From: Octopus bimaculoides
Taxonomy: Eukaryota
Assembly: GCF_001194135.2 (NCBI RefSeq)
Contig: NC_068990.1
Span: 62,839,879-62,903,878 of the forward strand
Direction of reading: 5' to 3'
DNA: 64,000 nt
The position numbers were made by a program, and so were the translations under genes. A model generated the notes under the pieces. It did no database searches. It was not told the DNA's origin and saw only the letters and a list, made by a program, of their open reading frames with translations. This document shows, piece by piece, positions 50,544-64,000 of this stretch (the first letter of the stretch is position 1; each line of letters begins with the position of its first letter).

Positions 50544-51086
50544 TTAAGATCAGGATTCAAATGAATCAGGCATTTAAATGATAAGGCACCGAGCCGAGTC
50601 GAAAAGTAAAATGTATACACAACAAAAATAGAGGAATACATATCCAGGTACTGAAGTAGAGGAAGAAAGATATTCAGATTATGCATACGATTAACTGTAA
50701 CTGACTAAGTATATCAATAGCCCTCAGGCTAATCAGGAGACGCACATTGCACTAAATGTACAGTCCGTAATATATTTCGGATCTACGCCAGGGGTAGGAC
50801 CAGCAAGGGTCATAGAATCATGAAGATGCCCATCCCGTTGGCTTTTAAATGTTTTTGAATGTTGTGGTACATGTAGTCACCTCACGAAAATGACTTTTTC
50901 TACTCATGTAATGTTTCCATTATCAATTAAAAATTCGTTGGAAACAGCTGCAGTGAAATGACATATTATCCATCTATTATTTTTTATTTACACACACACA
51001 CTCACATCTATATACACACATATTTACATACATATCTATGCACACACTCACACACGCACATATATTTTATATAAATATATATATAT

Positions 51087-51520
51087 AGGCGCAGGAGTGG
51101 CTGTGTGGAAAGTAGCTTGCTTACCAACCACATGGTTCCGGTTTCAGTCCCACTGCGTGGCATCTTGGGCAAGTGTCTTCTACTATAGCCTCGGGCCGAC
51201 CAAAGCCTTGTGAGTGGATTTGGTAGACGGAAACTGAAGGAAGCCCGTCGTATATATGTATATATATATATATATATGTGTGTGTGTATATGTGCGTGTT
51301 TGTGTGTCTGTGTTTGTCCCCCCCCCACAACATCGCTTGACAACCGATGCTGGTGTGTTTACGTCCCCGTAACTTAGCGGTTCGGCAAAAGAGACCGATA
51401 GAATAAGTACTAGGCTTCCAAAGAATAAGTNNNNNNNNNNCTGGGGTCGATTTGCTCGACTAAAGGCAGTGCTCCAGCATGGCCGCAGTCAAATGACTGA
51501 AATAAGTAAAAGATTAAAAG
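51087..51520 (+). mobile_element. SINE family B, full length, with internal (TA)(TG) microsatellite
   Basis: ggcgcaggagtggctgtgtgg..tggcatcttgggcaagtgtcttc..aaatgactgaaataagtaaaaga. Confidence 0.9.
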
Positions 51521-52011
51521 AGTATATGCATATATATGTATATATATATATGTATATGTGTATATATACACACACATACTTACGTACATATTTATATATG
51601 TTCATACATACATAAATACATATATACATTATGATCATTTTCATATATGTCCGTTTTCCATATTGGCATGAGATAGATGATTCGCAGAGGCCAAACTTTT
51701 AGTCCAATTTATTGTGTTTATTGGTGCTTTTTTATAGCACCGGCAATACGGTACACCTCGTAGTTCGCACATCGAAAGAAACCCACCACAATAAATGGAA
51801 TAGATTCAATGTTGTGAGAGGTTCACAGTGAGGAGAATAAAAGAAAAAAGAGGCGAGGGGACAGAAAGGAGGAGAGGGGAGAGAGGGATGGAGGAAGTGA
51901 GAGAGGCAGACAAAAAGACAAAGGGCTGTTGAAGGAGGAGTAGTGGAAGGTATTGGAGTGAAGGGAAGGGGAAGAATAATTTCAGGGATCAGTACGAACT
52001 AGTGTGTATGT

Positions 52012-52012
<1 letters not shown>

Positions 52013-52098
<86 letters not shown>
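52013..52098. repeat. (TG)n microsatellite, ~43 units
   Basis: Directly visible. Confidence 0.95.
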
Positions 52099-52099
<1 letters not shown>

Positions 52100-53159
52100 T
52101 GAACGAGTGTGCATGATTGAAGTCTACTAAACGTGACCAGGACTATTGTCATAGCATCAGGTGCTGCCCTCTTTTTAGGAACCGTATCGGTAAGTGTTTA
52201 ATAAGGACGAGAATTGAGACAATAATCATGATTTTGATGATGGATTCATTCCGAAAACACCTTAAACAACAGTTCATATTTGATCATTCTGGTGCACTGT
52301 ATATCATCAATCATGGCATTTCTTTCCTAGATAAAATAGTCAATCTCTTAACAAGAAAACAAATATATCTCTATTTCAATCTCACATTCAGAAAAATGAC
52401 ATGAAGTTTACAAAATCCTATTTCTTCTTCTTTAAATACCTAAGGATTAATATCAGTATAAGAAAACATTATTATATTATTGTTGCCGTTTTTCCTACTA
52501 TTTTCATTATTTTCCAATGATTATTATATACACATTTATTTGTCAGTCATATTCTAAACAAGCTGTTCTATATATTCTCTATGTTATTACATCAATTCAG
52601 CTATCAACATCGCCATTTTCTTTTGTATTTCTCCTGACGACTATTAACTAATTCTGCCGCGTTCTCCATACACTGCTTTCTATTTTCTCAGCATAACCAT
52701 ATTCCACATCAGTTCTGATGCACTCAGACAGTTTTCACTGACCTTCCTTTTTAATAAGCTCCAACCCTTTCGATTCCCTACACCGCACCGCTTCCATCAA
52801 TTCGTCTGCCACAATTTCTCCCTTACTCGCTCTATCTCCTGCTCTCTCTTCCTCGCTTCCATATACATCAAAGCTCTTTACCTGCCGCACTAGTTTCCAT
52901 TGTTGCTCATCTTGCCATGTCTGTTAGCTATTCCTTGCACAGACGGCTTTTATTACAACAGTCTGCTGGTTTTTGTCGCCATCCCTTCTTTCCTCAGTCT
53001 TCCTACAACATCTTTATCCTCCTCCTCCTCCTCCTCCTCCTCCTCTCTCTCCAGTCTCTCCTCTGTACAACACTCTGCAATCCTTCAATCTATTTCAATG
53101 TCTAATTTTTATACTTTTCTTTTATCCAATTCTCTTCTCTTTTCATTATATCTCCTGCA

Positions 53160-53280
53160 ACATTTCTTTTTCTTTCCCCACCTCTGCCTGTCTGTCTGTC
53201 TCTCTGCCTGTCTGTCCGTCTCTCTGCCTGTCTGTTTGTCTCTCTGCCTGTATGTCTGTCTCTCTGTCTCTGTCTGTCTC

Positions 53281-53319
<39 letters not shown>

Positions 53320-53370
53320 GNNNNNNNNNNNNNNNNNNNNNNNNNNNNNNNNNNNNNNNNNNNNNNNNNN

Positions 53371-53406
<36 letters not shown>

Positions 53407-54113
53407 GTCTCTCTCTGTCTCTCTCTGTCTGCCTGTCTCTCTCTCTCTCTCTCTCTCTTCTCGCTTGCATCCTCTCACAACATCTCTCTCTATTCCTTCT
53501 CTCCCTTTCTCCTATTTTCCCTCTCACCCCACACCCTACTTCACTCACTGCTATTTCTCGCCACAGCCTCCATTAATGGCACAATTTCTCATTCTATCCT
53601 TCATTCTCTTTCTTTCATTCCTCTTGTCTGTCTTTCTTCATCATCCCTCTCTCTCCTCTTTCTCTCTCTTTATTTATTAACTCTTTTGTTCAATATTTAT
53701 CCTCTCTCTTATTCCTTTCTGCAGTTCCTGGAATTCTTCTTCGCTTCCCTCAGCTAACCACTTTCTTTTGAATATGTGTGTATCCCAGCCTTCCTTTCCT
53801 TCACAAACCTATATCACTCTCATATTCTATCTGCTTACGTGGATACATACATACATACATACATACATACATACATGCATAGCAATCTATCTATCTATCA
53901 ATCTATCCATCTATCTACTTCTACCTGTTTCTCTCTCTCTTTCTCTATCTCTCTCTCTCTCTCTCTCTGTGAGTGTATGTGAGTAAATATGTATATGTTT
54001 ATCATATACGCGCTCACACAGATATATGCATATATAAATACATATAAAGACATATACATTTATGTTTACACATGCATGTGTATGTGTGTGCATGTGTATA
54101 TATATATATATAT

Positions 54114-54180
<67 letters not shown>

Positions 54181-54309
54181 CATTTCTGTAGGTAGATGGA
54201 TGTGTATATTTTATAAATATATATATATATATATAGATATAATATACACACAAACATTCACACATACACAGATATATATATACAGGCATGCACACACACA
54301 CACATTCAG

Positions 54310-54340
<31 letters not shown>

Positions 54341-54370
54341 ACACACACACACATTCAGCACACACACATA
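53160..54370. repeat. Compound microsatellite block (CTGT, CT, TACA, CTAT/ATAG, TA, CA)
   Basis: Directly visible; it explains the many low-complexity ORFs. Confidence 0.95.
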
Positions 54371-54516
54371 GCATAAAGGATGCTTTTTTTACAAGAGAAA
54401 TGTGATTATTGACTGGAGAAAGGATTCATTAGAGGTATACAATTAGATCGTTTAAATAAATCAATTGGAAGTGACTGTCAATAGAATTATTCTCATTATT
54501 ATTATTATTATTATTA

Positions 54517-54700
54517 GCATGTCGGGCAAAGCGCTTAGCGGCATAACGTCTGTCTTCGTGTTCTGAGTTCAGATTCCGCCGAGGCCGACTTTGCCTTTCA
54601 TTCTGACGGTTTCGATAAAATAAGTACCAGTTGAGCACTGGGGTCGCTGTAATAGACTTACACCCTCCCCTGATATTGCTGGCCTTGTGCCAAAATTTTT
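54517..54700 (+). mobile_element. SINE family A flanked on both sides by (TTA)n
   Basis: (tta)n-gcatgtcgggcaaagcgcttagcgg..ggccttgtgccaaaattt-(tta)n. Confidence 0.88.
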
Positions 54701-54704
54701 ATTG

Positions 54705-55232
<528 letters not shown>

Positions 55233-55233
55233 T

Positions 55234-55415
55234 TAAGGTGGTGAGCTGGCAGAATCGTTAGTACGCAAGGCAAAATGCTTAGCGACATTTCGTCCGTCTT
55301 TATGTTCTGAGTTCAAATTCCGCCGATATCGGCTTTGTCTTTCATCTTTTCGGGATCGATAAATCAAGTACCAGTGAAACACTAGGGTCCATGTAATCGA
55401 CAATTCCCCTCCCTA
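55234..55415 (+). mobile_element. SINE family A, full head
   Basis: aaggtggtgagctggcagaatcgttag..gagttcaaattccgccg..gatcgataaatcaagtacc. Confidence 0.9.
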
Positions 55416-55782
55416 CAAATGTCAAAGGTTCCTGAATAAGGCTTGTTTAAAGATGTTGAATGAAACACCCATCCTTTCAAAATGAATTATCCAAACCCCA
55501 AAGAATTTCTCTCAACACATGGCTATGATGCTCCCCCACTACTTCTGCTCGTGATCAGAGATGCACATATCATCAGCCACCAAGGGACATGCTCAACTGG
55601 TTAAGGTCAAACAACTGACAAGCAAATCTGTGGTATTGAGCAGAATATTTGCTGTAGCCCATCTTTTATACCAAGACAAAACAATGTACATGATGACACT
55701 TCCAGTCAGAATCCATAAGAGCCACTGTCTGGTACTGCATGATTATTGTTATTATCATTATAATAACAATTATTATTATTAT

Positions 55783-56355
55783 ATGTTTGACTTTTGCTTT
55801 GTATTTGTACGAGTTGACGCTAAGCCTCATCCAGAGACCTCAAGAGACAAGTTAGAAGTTCAAGTTGGTGTTATGCCAGGGGTGTATTATATTTGGGTTT
55901 GCACAAAGTATTGTTCAAGAGAAGTTTATTTTAAAATTTGAGATTACATAGACAGTATTCTACGTAGGATATGGGCAGTTCCAATGAACACTATCCTTTG
56001 AATTTCTGCCATTTTGGGGTTTCCTAGTATCTGAGCAAGATAGGAATCAGCCCCTTTTGCTATCATTCCTATCAATACCTGTGACGACAGGTATTGTTTT
56101 AGTCTTGCGGTTCCACATTTTGCCAATTCCTATTTCAGGATCTTTATACTTGCTCAGTTTTTGGTAGATCCTGACAAATACCTTTATGTCGATTGGGACA
56201 CTCATATCAATGAGGAGGTATGATTTTTGTCTGAAGTCTTTCAATATAATGTCTGGCCTATTCGCATCTGTCTTTCTGTCAATTCAAAGGGTGAAGTTCC
56301 AGAGGAGTGAGATGTGATCATTTTCAAGCACTGGATGTAGTTTGTGTTCCCACCA
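55783..56355 (-). mobile_element. R4/Dong-like non-LTR 3' fragment a (REL endonuclease plus 3'UTR)
   Basis: WWEHKLHPVLENDHISLLWNF..NRPDIILKD..LLIDMSVP..KLSKYKD..IPVV..GTAHILRRILSM. (TAA)n lies on both sides. Confidence 0.88.
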
Positions 56356-56416
<61 letters not shown>

Positions 56417-56452
56417 TTATTATTGTTGTTGTTGTTATTATTATTATTATTA

Positions 56453-57664
56453 TTTGGTTGATTGAGGCAAATTTCTTCTGCATCACCTGCTACACCACCG
56501 TGTTGCTGGTGTGTGTGCGGCATTGTGTGTTCTTTTCTGCTATTGAGAGTGTGTGAAGTCTTTCTGGTACTGTATTGTGTTGGCTTTTTTCCTTGAGGTG
56601 CGGTGCTGTCTTTCGTTGTGTTTTTGTTTGTATTTGTGTGTTGATTGTGTAATGCTTTTGTTTTCTGGATTGCTGGTGGGAGTTTGTTTCACTGAGTAAA
56701 TGCTGTATAGAGTGTGCTTTGTATTTGTGGGTTGCTTTGTTTAGGCTATATTATTGAATTGGTAGTGTCTTGCGCAAAATGTGGGTTGTTCCTAGTAGGG
56801 CTATTTTTTGCACAGTGTATAGTGTTGAGGATCCAGGTATAGCTTCCACATTTTTGTTCATATGATTTTTTTTTATCATGCCCAATGCTCCAATCATTAT
56901 TGGTATTGTTTTTACTTTCATGCCCCACATTTTGAATATTTCAATTTCGAGGTCTTTGTACTTCGACAACTTCGCCACTTCTTTTTTGACAATATTTTGA
57001 TCCGAAGAGATTGCAATGTCTATCAGTAAGCAGATATTTTTTTACCCAATCCTTGACTATTATGTCTGGGTGACATTTTGTTTCTTTGTCGGTTTGAACC
57101 GGCATATCCCAGATGATAGTAGCCTGATCGTTGTCTTGTACATTGCTTGGCTCATGCTTATATCACCTGCTGTCAGTTTTGATGTTGAAATCTTGGCATG
57201 TTGTCCAGTCGATATAACTGCTTACTTTGTTGTGTCTCTAAACATATTCAAACTTGGCAAAGAGCGGGCAGCCCAAGTTGATGTGGTCAACTGTGTCACT
57301 GTGCTGGCTGCACATTCTGCATTTGGTGTTGGGACCTGTTTTCATTACTTTGGTTTTATAATTATTTGTAGTCAGGCATTAGTCTTGTGAAGCGAGAATC
57401 AGTCCTTCCGTTTCGGCTTTTAGTCAAGAGCTTTTGAGACATTGTTGGCTTTTACTTAGGCTCATTTCCTCTCTGTCAAGCCTTGCAGTGTACTGGCCAT
57501 GAAGTGATTTTTCACTCCATTTCTTCTTCTGCTATGTTGTCATCTTAGGTTAGTGTGTCAGTGTAGTTTGCTTCTGTTTTGTATTTTGTCGCCTCGTTGT
57601 GTATAGAGAAAAACGCTTTCCCATATCGCTTTACTACATGCAGCAGTCTTCCCCTCTTTGTTTC

Positions 57665-57666
<2 letters not shown>
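56453..57666 (-). mobile_element. R4/Dong-like fragment b (CCHC plus REL)
   Basis: KSLHGQY..LKAETEGLILASQD..KCRMC..TVDHINLGCP..RHNKV..IWDMPVQTD..PDIIV..LIDIAI..KLSKYKDL..IGALG..LLGTTHILRK. Confidence 0.9.
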
Positions 57667-57734
<68 letters not shown>

Positions 57735-57745
57735 TATTATTATTA

Positions 57746-59039
57746 CGCTAGTGTATGATAATTTAGTTAGCAGGTATTTTAACTCGAGGTTTTGTGACAA
57801 TAAGTTTCCTCAAATCTTAAGAATTTTCTTTCGGATTCTCGCAAAATGTAGGATGGTACTTTTCTGCAAATCGACAATGCGAGTTTCATTTCCAATTTCT
57901 TTCAGTCTTTTACGTAGCATTTTGGGTGTTGTGCAAGTGCACCTATTACTGCATGAATAATCGTTATCTTGGTCTTCTCCAGTCTCTTCAGCTCTCTGGT
58001 TATATCCTGGTATTTCTCAATATTTTCCATTTCTTTGGTGTCGACACTGCTGTCATAGGAAATTGCAAACTCTATGATCTTGCACTGTTAGCTTATTTTA
58101 CATTTTATAATCACGTCTACTTTGCTTGCCTCAACAGTATGGTCGGTCATTATGGCGAAGTCTCACAAGATCTTGTAACTTTCATTTTCTATCACAGCTT
58201 CCTTTTTATTCGTGTTCATACTCGACTAACATCCCAATGCATTATTTTGCCTACACAGTCATGCCTGCGCTTGTACTCCTTTTGTACTAGTATACTACAC
58301 TCATTGAAAATGTGATTGATACACTCGTTTCCTTTTCTGCAAATTCTATATTTGCTGTCTGATTGTGTTTTGAGGATCTTTGCCTTGATTAGATTTGTTC
58401 TAACGTCTAGCTCATGAGCAACTATAACTAATGTTTCAAGTTCCCGTCCGTCAACCATAGCCGGTAGGCCTCACTTCCGACATTTTCGTTACATGAATTG
58501 GCATTGCAGTTTTTTCTCTTTCCATTTGTTCATTCTGTTCTTCTATTTCTCTTTGTATTCTTCTACTGTTTCAGTCACTTTTTTGCGTATCTCTGGCTGT
58601 CGAAAGTTTTTCTTTTCTTTTTTACTATGTACAACATAGTTCATCAGCCCCAGTATCTCGGTACCAACGCTGTCTTCCATGTTTAGTAATTCTTTCCCCC
58701 TTCTCCTCTTGGCATTTAGAGTCGGTCGGTATTGCCTTTAGGATGGAATGCGCTGTGCATTGTTGGCAGTTTTCTGGTTTTTCTATCCAAGTGCTGCAGC
58801 TTGAGCTTTGTCCATTTCATATAGGGAGCAAAATATCTCAATACAGGAATTGGTCATGTATTTATGGCTTTAATATGTTCCCTCCATTTTATTTCGTTTC
58901 AAGCACCTTCCTAATTCTTTTTTTTTTGTACACTTTTGTAACTTTCTCATTTCTCTTTTTATTATCTTATTGTTTTACAGCACTACTAGATATTTATATC
59001 CCTCTTATGTTCTTCCAGCTCTCATGTATTTGTATCCCT

Positions 59040-59040
<1 letters not shown>
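57746..59040 (-). mobile_element. R4/Dong-like fragment c (RT end to REL)
   Basis: GYKYLVVL..KAINT*PIPVLRY..LDRKTRKL..HPK..DRL; CRICRKGNECINHIFNEC..RRHD; ILWDFAIMTD..EKYQD..VIGAL. Confidence 0.88.
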
Positions 59041-59092
<52 letters not shown>

Positions 59093-59627
59093 CATCATCA
59101 TCATCATCATTGTTACAGTTATTAAGGCAGCAAGCTGGCAGATTCTTTAGTACGCTGCACAAAATGCAGGTGCCGAAAAATTAGAAGTCTATTCCTGAGT
59201 ATGTGTATGTGGTGTGTCTGTCTAACCGTTGATACGTGTTTGTGTATGTACATATATAAACACACAGACGCACGCACACACGCCGTCACACATGCGAACA
59301 TAAACACATACACATATATATTATATTATNNNNNNNNNNNNNNNNNNNNNNNNNNNNNNNNNNNNNNNNNNNNNNNNNNNNNNNNNNNNNNNNNNNNNNN
59401 NNNNNNNNNNNNNNNNNNNNNNNNNNNNNNNNNNNNNNNNNNNNNNNNNNNNNNNNNNNNNNNNNNNNNNNNNNNNNNNNNNNNNNNNNNNNNNNNNNNN
59501 NNNNNNNNNNNNNNNNNNNNNNNNNNNNNNNNNNNNNNNNNNNNNNNNNNNNNNNNNNNNNNNNNNNNNNNNNNNNNNNNNNNNNNNNNNNNNNNNNNNN
59601 NNNNNNNNNNNNNNNNNNNNNNNNNNN

Positions 59628-59666
<39 letters not shown>

Positions 59667-59927
59667 GCTGTGTGTGTGTGTGTGTGTGTGCGTGGCTGTG
59701 TGTGTGTGTGTATGCACATATACACATCCTCTCACACACACGCAAGCATAGATGTGTGTGAATATATGGATGTGTGTACAAGGTGATACTGATGTTCCAA
59801 TAGCATTCACATGACATACAAAAATTATTTTTAATTTTGTTAGTTTTTTTAATAAAATTTAAAGATTAATTCCTGTCTTTTGTGAATAGCATTTCATGTA
59901 CATACATACATGTATGTGAGTGTGTGT

Positions 59928-59966
<39 letters not shown>

Positions 59967-60029
59967 AAAATACATGTAAATATGCCCCAGCATGACCGCT
60001 GTCTGATGACTGACAGAAGTATAAGATAT

Positions 60030-60390
60030 AGGAGTGGTTATGTGGTAAGTAGTTTGCTCACCAACCACATGATTCCAGGTTCAGTCCCACTGCATGGCAC
60101 CTTGGGCAAGTGTCTTCTGCTATAGCCTCAGCACGTCATATATATGTGTATGTGTGTGTGTTTGTGTGTGTGTGTGAGTGTGTGTATGTGTCTGTGTCTG
60201 TTGACCCCCACCAACATAGCTTGACAGCCGATGTTGGTGTGCTTACGTCCCCGTAACCTATCGGTTCGGCATAAGACACCGATAGAATATGTACTAGGCT
60301 TATGTAGAATAAGTCCTGGGGTCGAATTGTTCGACTAAATGTGGTGCACCAGCATGGCCACTGTCAAATGACTGATATAAATAAGAGAAT
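60030..60390 (+). mobile_element. SINE family B
   Basis: ggagtggttatgtggtaagtag..caccttgggcaagtgtcttc..ggggtcgaatt..aaatgactga. Confidence 0.88.
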
Positions 60391-60404
60391 AAAAGAATAA
60401 TATA

Positions 60405-60621
60405 CGAAAGGGTGCTGAAAAGTTCCCGGCTTTCGATGAGAGAAACTACAGCAGGATCAGTAAATTATGATTTTATTCAATGTATTCCCCTCTTACATTC
60501 ACAGACTTGTTGCAGCTGTCCTTCAGGTTTTCTAACACCTGTAAAAGATATCGGAAGGGTGGGCCTCCAGCCAGTCCTATCGCGGCATTCTTGAAGCTAG
60601 GAACTTTTCTGCCCCACCTAG
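60405..60621. mobile_element. Mariner-derived MITE (~217 bp), TA target duplication
   Basis: TA-cgaaagggtgctgaaaagttcccggctt ... aagctaggaacttttctgccccacctag-TA. Confidence 0.8.
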
Positions 60622-60639
60622 TATATGCATACTTACAAA

Positions 60640-60686
<47 letters not shown>

Positions 60687-62790
60687 TCATTCATGCATAT
60701 ATGCTTATATACATACATACATATATATATATATATATTTATAATCATTTATAAATGGTTTTACCGATAAAGGTTTTTTTCATACTGAACTANNNNNNNN
60801 NNNNNNNNNNNNNNNNNNNNNNNNNNNNNNNNNNNNNNNNNNNNNNNNNNNNNNNNNNNNNNNNNNNNNNNNNNNNNNNNNNNNNNNNNNNNNNNNNNNN
60901 NNNNNNNNNNNNNNNNNNNNNNNNNNNNNNNNNNNNNNNNNNNNNNNNNNNNNNNNNNNNNNNNNNNNNNNNNNNNNNNNNNNNNNNNNNNNNNNNNNNN
61001 NNNNNNNNNNNNNNNNNNNNNNNNNNNNNNNNNNNNNNNNNNNNNNNNNNNNNNNNNNNNNNNNNNNNNNNNNNNNNNNNNNNNNNNNNNNNNNNNNNNN
61101 NNNNNNNNNNNNNNNNNNNNNNNNNNNNNNNNNNNNNNNNNNNNNNNNNNNNNNNNNNNNNNNNNNNNNNNNNNNNNNNNNNNNNNNNNNNNNNNNNNNN
61201 NNNNNNNNNNNNNNNNNNNNNNNNNNNNNNNNNNNNNNNNNNNNNNNNNNNNNNNNNNNNNNNNNNNNNNNNNNNNNNNNNNNNNNNNNNNNNNNNNNNN
61301 NNNNNNNNNNNNNNNNNNNNNNNNNNNNNNNNNNNNNNNNNNNNNNNNNNNNNNNNNNNNNNNNNNNNNNNNNNNNNNNNNNNNNNNNNNNNNNNNNNNN
61401 NNNNNNNNNNNNNNNNNNNNNNNNNNNNNNNNNNNNNNNNNNNNNNNNNNNNNNNNNNNNNNNNNNNNNNNNNNNNNNNNNNNNNNNNNNNNNNNNNNNN
61501 NNNNNNNNNNNNNNNNNNNNNNNNNNNNNNNNNNNNNNNNNNNNNNNNNNNNNNNNNNNNNNNNNNNNNNNNNNNNNNNNNNNNNNNNNNNNNNNNNNNN
61601 NNNNNNNNNNNNNNNNNNNNNNNNNNNNNNNNNNNNNNNNNNNNNNNNNNNNNNNNNNNNNNNNNNNNNNNNNNNNNNNNNNNNNNNNNNNNNNNNNNNN
61701 NNNNNNNNNATATATATGTATGTATGTGTTTGTGTGTGTATATATTTATATATACAGAATGAGAGAGCAAGGGGCAGAAAGACAGAGGAAGAGTGCATAT
61801 GTCAGTACAAAAACGTGTACGTATATGTGTTTGCGTATGGTATTGTGTGTGTTTCTCTCTGTATGTATGTATTTATGTATGTATGTATGTATGTATAAAA
61901 TAAGGACGCTATTCATTTTTTCTCTAAACCTCAATTTTCTGCGTGTCTCGCCGATTCCTTAGTTTCTTTCACCTCTCTTTCTCCCTGTTCCTCTAATTCT
62001 CGTGCTGTCAGTAGTTTATGTATTGTGTGTGTGTGTATGTGTTTGTTTTTGTGCGTGTGCGCGTGCGCGCGTGTTTGTATGTGTGAGTGTGTGTAGGCTA
62101 GTTTAATGGAAATCTAAGTATAATAGTCACATAGATTTCCATTAAACTAGCCTTGCAATCAGTGAATGTTGTCGACAAACACACATACACACGCACACAC
62201 ACACACAAACACACACACACACACACACACGCACGCGTGTGATAACACAAATGCACAGACGCACACACATACACATACACACATGCTCACGTACACACAT
62301 ACACGCGTACACATATCCATACCCATCCTATCTCTCTCCCCCACATCATGCACACAAGCATAAACAAACTCTTTCCCCATCTTCACATCCAGCCCTCCTC
62401 TCTCCGCTCAGGCGACACTCACTGCTTAGTTATTGTAGTCTAGTCTGTATTTGCAAGACAGCTTTACGCTGGTGGTTGATGTCGTCTGACGGAGATGTCG
62501 ACCGTATCATATACTTCCTTCCGTTATTTTATATTTTCATGCCTTCTTCTCCTACACCATTTTCCCTGCTCCCCTCTCTCTTCCCTTCGGTTTCTCTTAC
62601 TCTCGCTTTTACGGTACTTTATCTTAAAGTGTCCCCCAAAAGTGTTTTAATGAAAATATATGTACAGTTAGCATTTTAGTTAAAAATTTCTTGTTGTTTA
62701 ACACAGGGTCAGTCTTGAACGAGTAGACCCATAACTAAATGTTTTCTGATCGTAACCCTTTTAGCTCCTTTAGTGTATTTAGGTCTCCGT

Positions 62791-63049
62791 CAGTGGTTCT
62801 CAACCAATATTTTTAACCTATGCAACCCTTTGATTCATATTTTATTTGACTGGACACTCATAGCTATTCGATGTTCAAAAAATCCAATTTTTATAATTAA
62901 ATATTATTAAAAATTGTATATAAAAAAAAAATATTGTTAAAATATTTTGTGTATCGTAAAATGAAAAACTAATTTATTGCACACAAATTTTAACAACAAA
63001 ATCTCCTATAGACTCCAAGGTTCATATGGACCCCAGTTGAAATCCACAG
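62791..63049. mobile_element. hAT (Charlie-like) MITE, degenerate
   Basis: 5' cagtggttctcaacc is a typical hAT-Charlie terminus; 3' cagttgaaatccacag is an imperfect inverse. No 8-bp TSD is recognisable. Confidence 0.55.
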
Positions 63050-63810
63050 GTTTAAATTATCTAATTCGTCATGTAACATGGCATAGTATGATTTGAGGTA
63101 AATCTGGCTGTTATTTCTTAGATGCTGAGAAATGTTTGCACTGACTGGACAAAAATTTTACTGGAAATGGAGCAAATTCATTAAAAATGAAATATTCAGT
63201 GTCGTTGCTCTGTTTGCTGAAATCTTTTCTAGGTCGAAAGTAGTGTCGGTGAAATTCAATCTTAAGAACAGGAAAATGGGATTAATCGATCAATGTCTCC
63301 TTCGAAGGTTTTGAATTAGAATTCTTTTTCTACTATTCAATATTGTGCGAAACTCTGCATTATGGGATCAAATACTGATAGTACCAACTTTGGCTGTCAT
63401 TTCTCTGGTCAACAACTAGTGTAGATAAATTGACTTTACCATTCCATTCACAATCAAAATCACCTAGAGCCGACCTCAATTTTGTGGCCTTTATATTTAT
63501 TTGTTTGTTTGTTTGTTTAGTGCCATTGATGAGCGACAGCACCGTTGCTTACATGCTGCAAACAAGCCATTCTGTTGATCATTGTATCTCTGACAGAAAG
63601 ATGAACAACACAGTGTCTGTAAATCGACGCAGAACAAACATCTCAAGGGACTTCTGTCTGTTGTAAAGAACGCCTTTTTCGTTTTCTTTGCTATGTTTAA
63701 ATACTTAGCAGTTAACACTTGCGAAAGATAACTGTGTGAGAGTGTGTGCGCGCACACAGACACACACACACACGCACACAGACACATACACACACACGCA
63801 CACACACTCG

Positions 63811-63860
<50 letters not shown>

Positions 63861-64000
63861 AACAATGGATTTTGCATAAGTTATTCACACTTACATATGT
63901 TTCAGTTGCTAACTAACAGGAGTTACAAAATTGTACATGTAGGAGAAACAAGTAAGATATCACTTATCAGGATTTCTTCAGATAGAAAATCAAATAATAC

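Overview
AT-rich (TA/CA/TAA microsatellite-laden) eukaryotic DNA with about 13 N-gaps. It is most consistent with an octopus (cephalopod) intron or intergenic region; this is inferred from the SINE families and cannot be proven here. No intact protein-coding gene could be assembled, and almost all ORFs in the supplied track are microsatellite, gap or antisense artefacts. The window is mainly a record of decayed transposons: at least 4 tRNA-derived SINE families (about 25 copies); RTE and Tx1/L1 ORF2 fragments; three stacked R4/Dong-like 3' fragments, each bounded by (TAA)n; a Penelope-like GIY-YIG remnant; a Helitron helicase remnant with a partial tandem second copy; three Tc1/mariner lineages; and several MITE or fold-back hairpins. 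The most interesting signal is three diverged copies (16.4-17.3 kb +, 37.5-38.5 kb -, 38.6-40.3 kb +) of an ORF1-only (gag-like, CCHC knuckle) Tx1/L1-type element. The apparently full-length copy (~1.7 kb, no ORF2) sits inside the tRNA head of the dominant SINE, which suggests a non-autonomous, possibly SINE-targeting retroposon. A few isolated exon and promoter candidates are given at low confidence.
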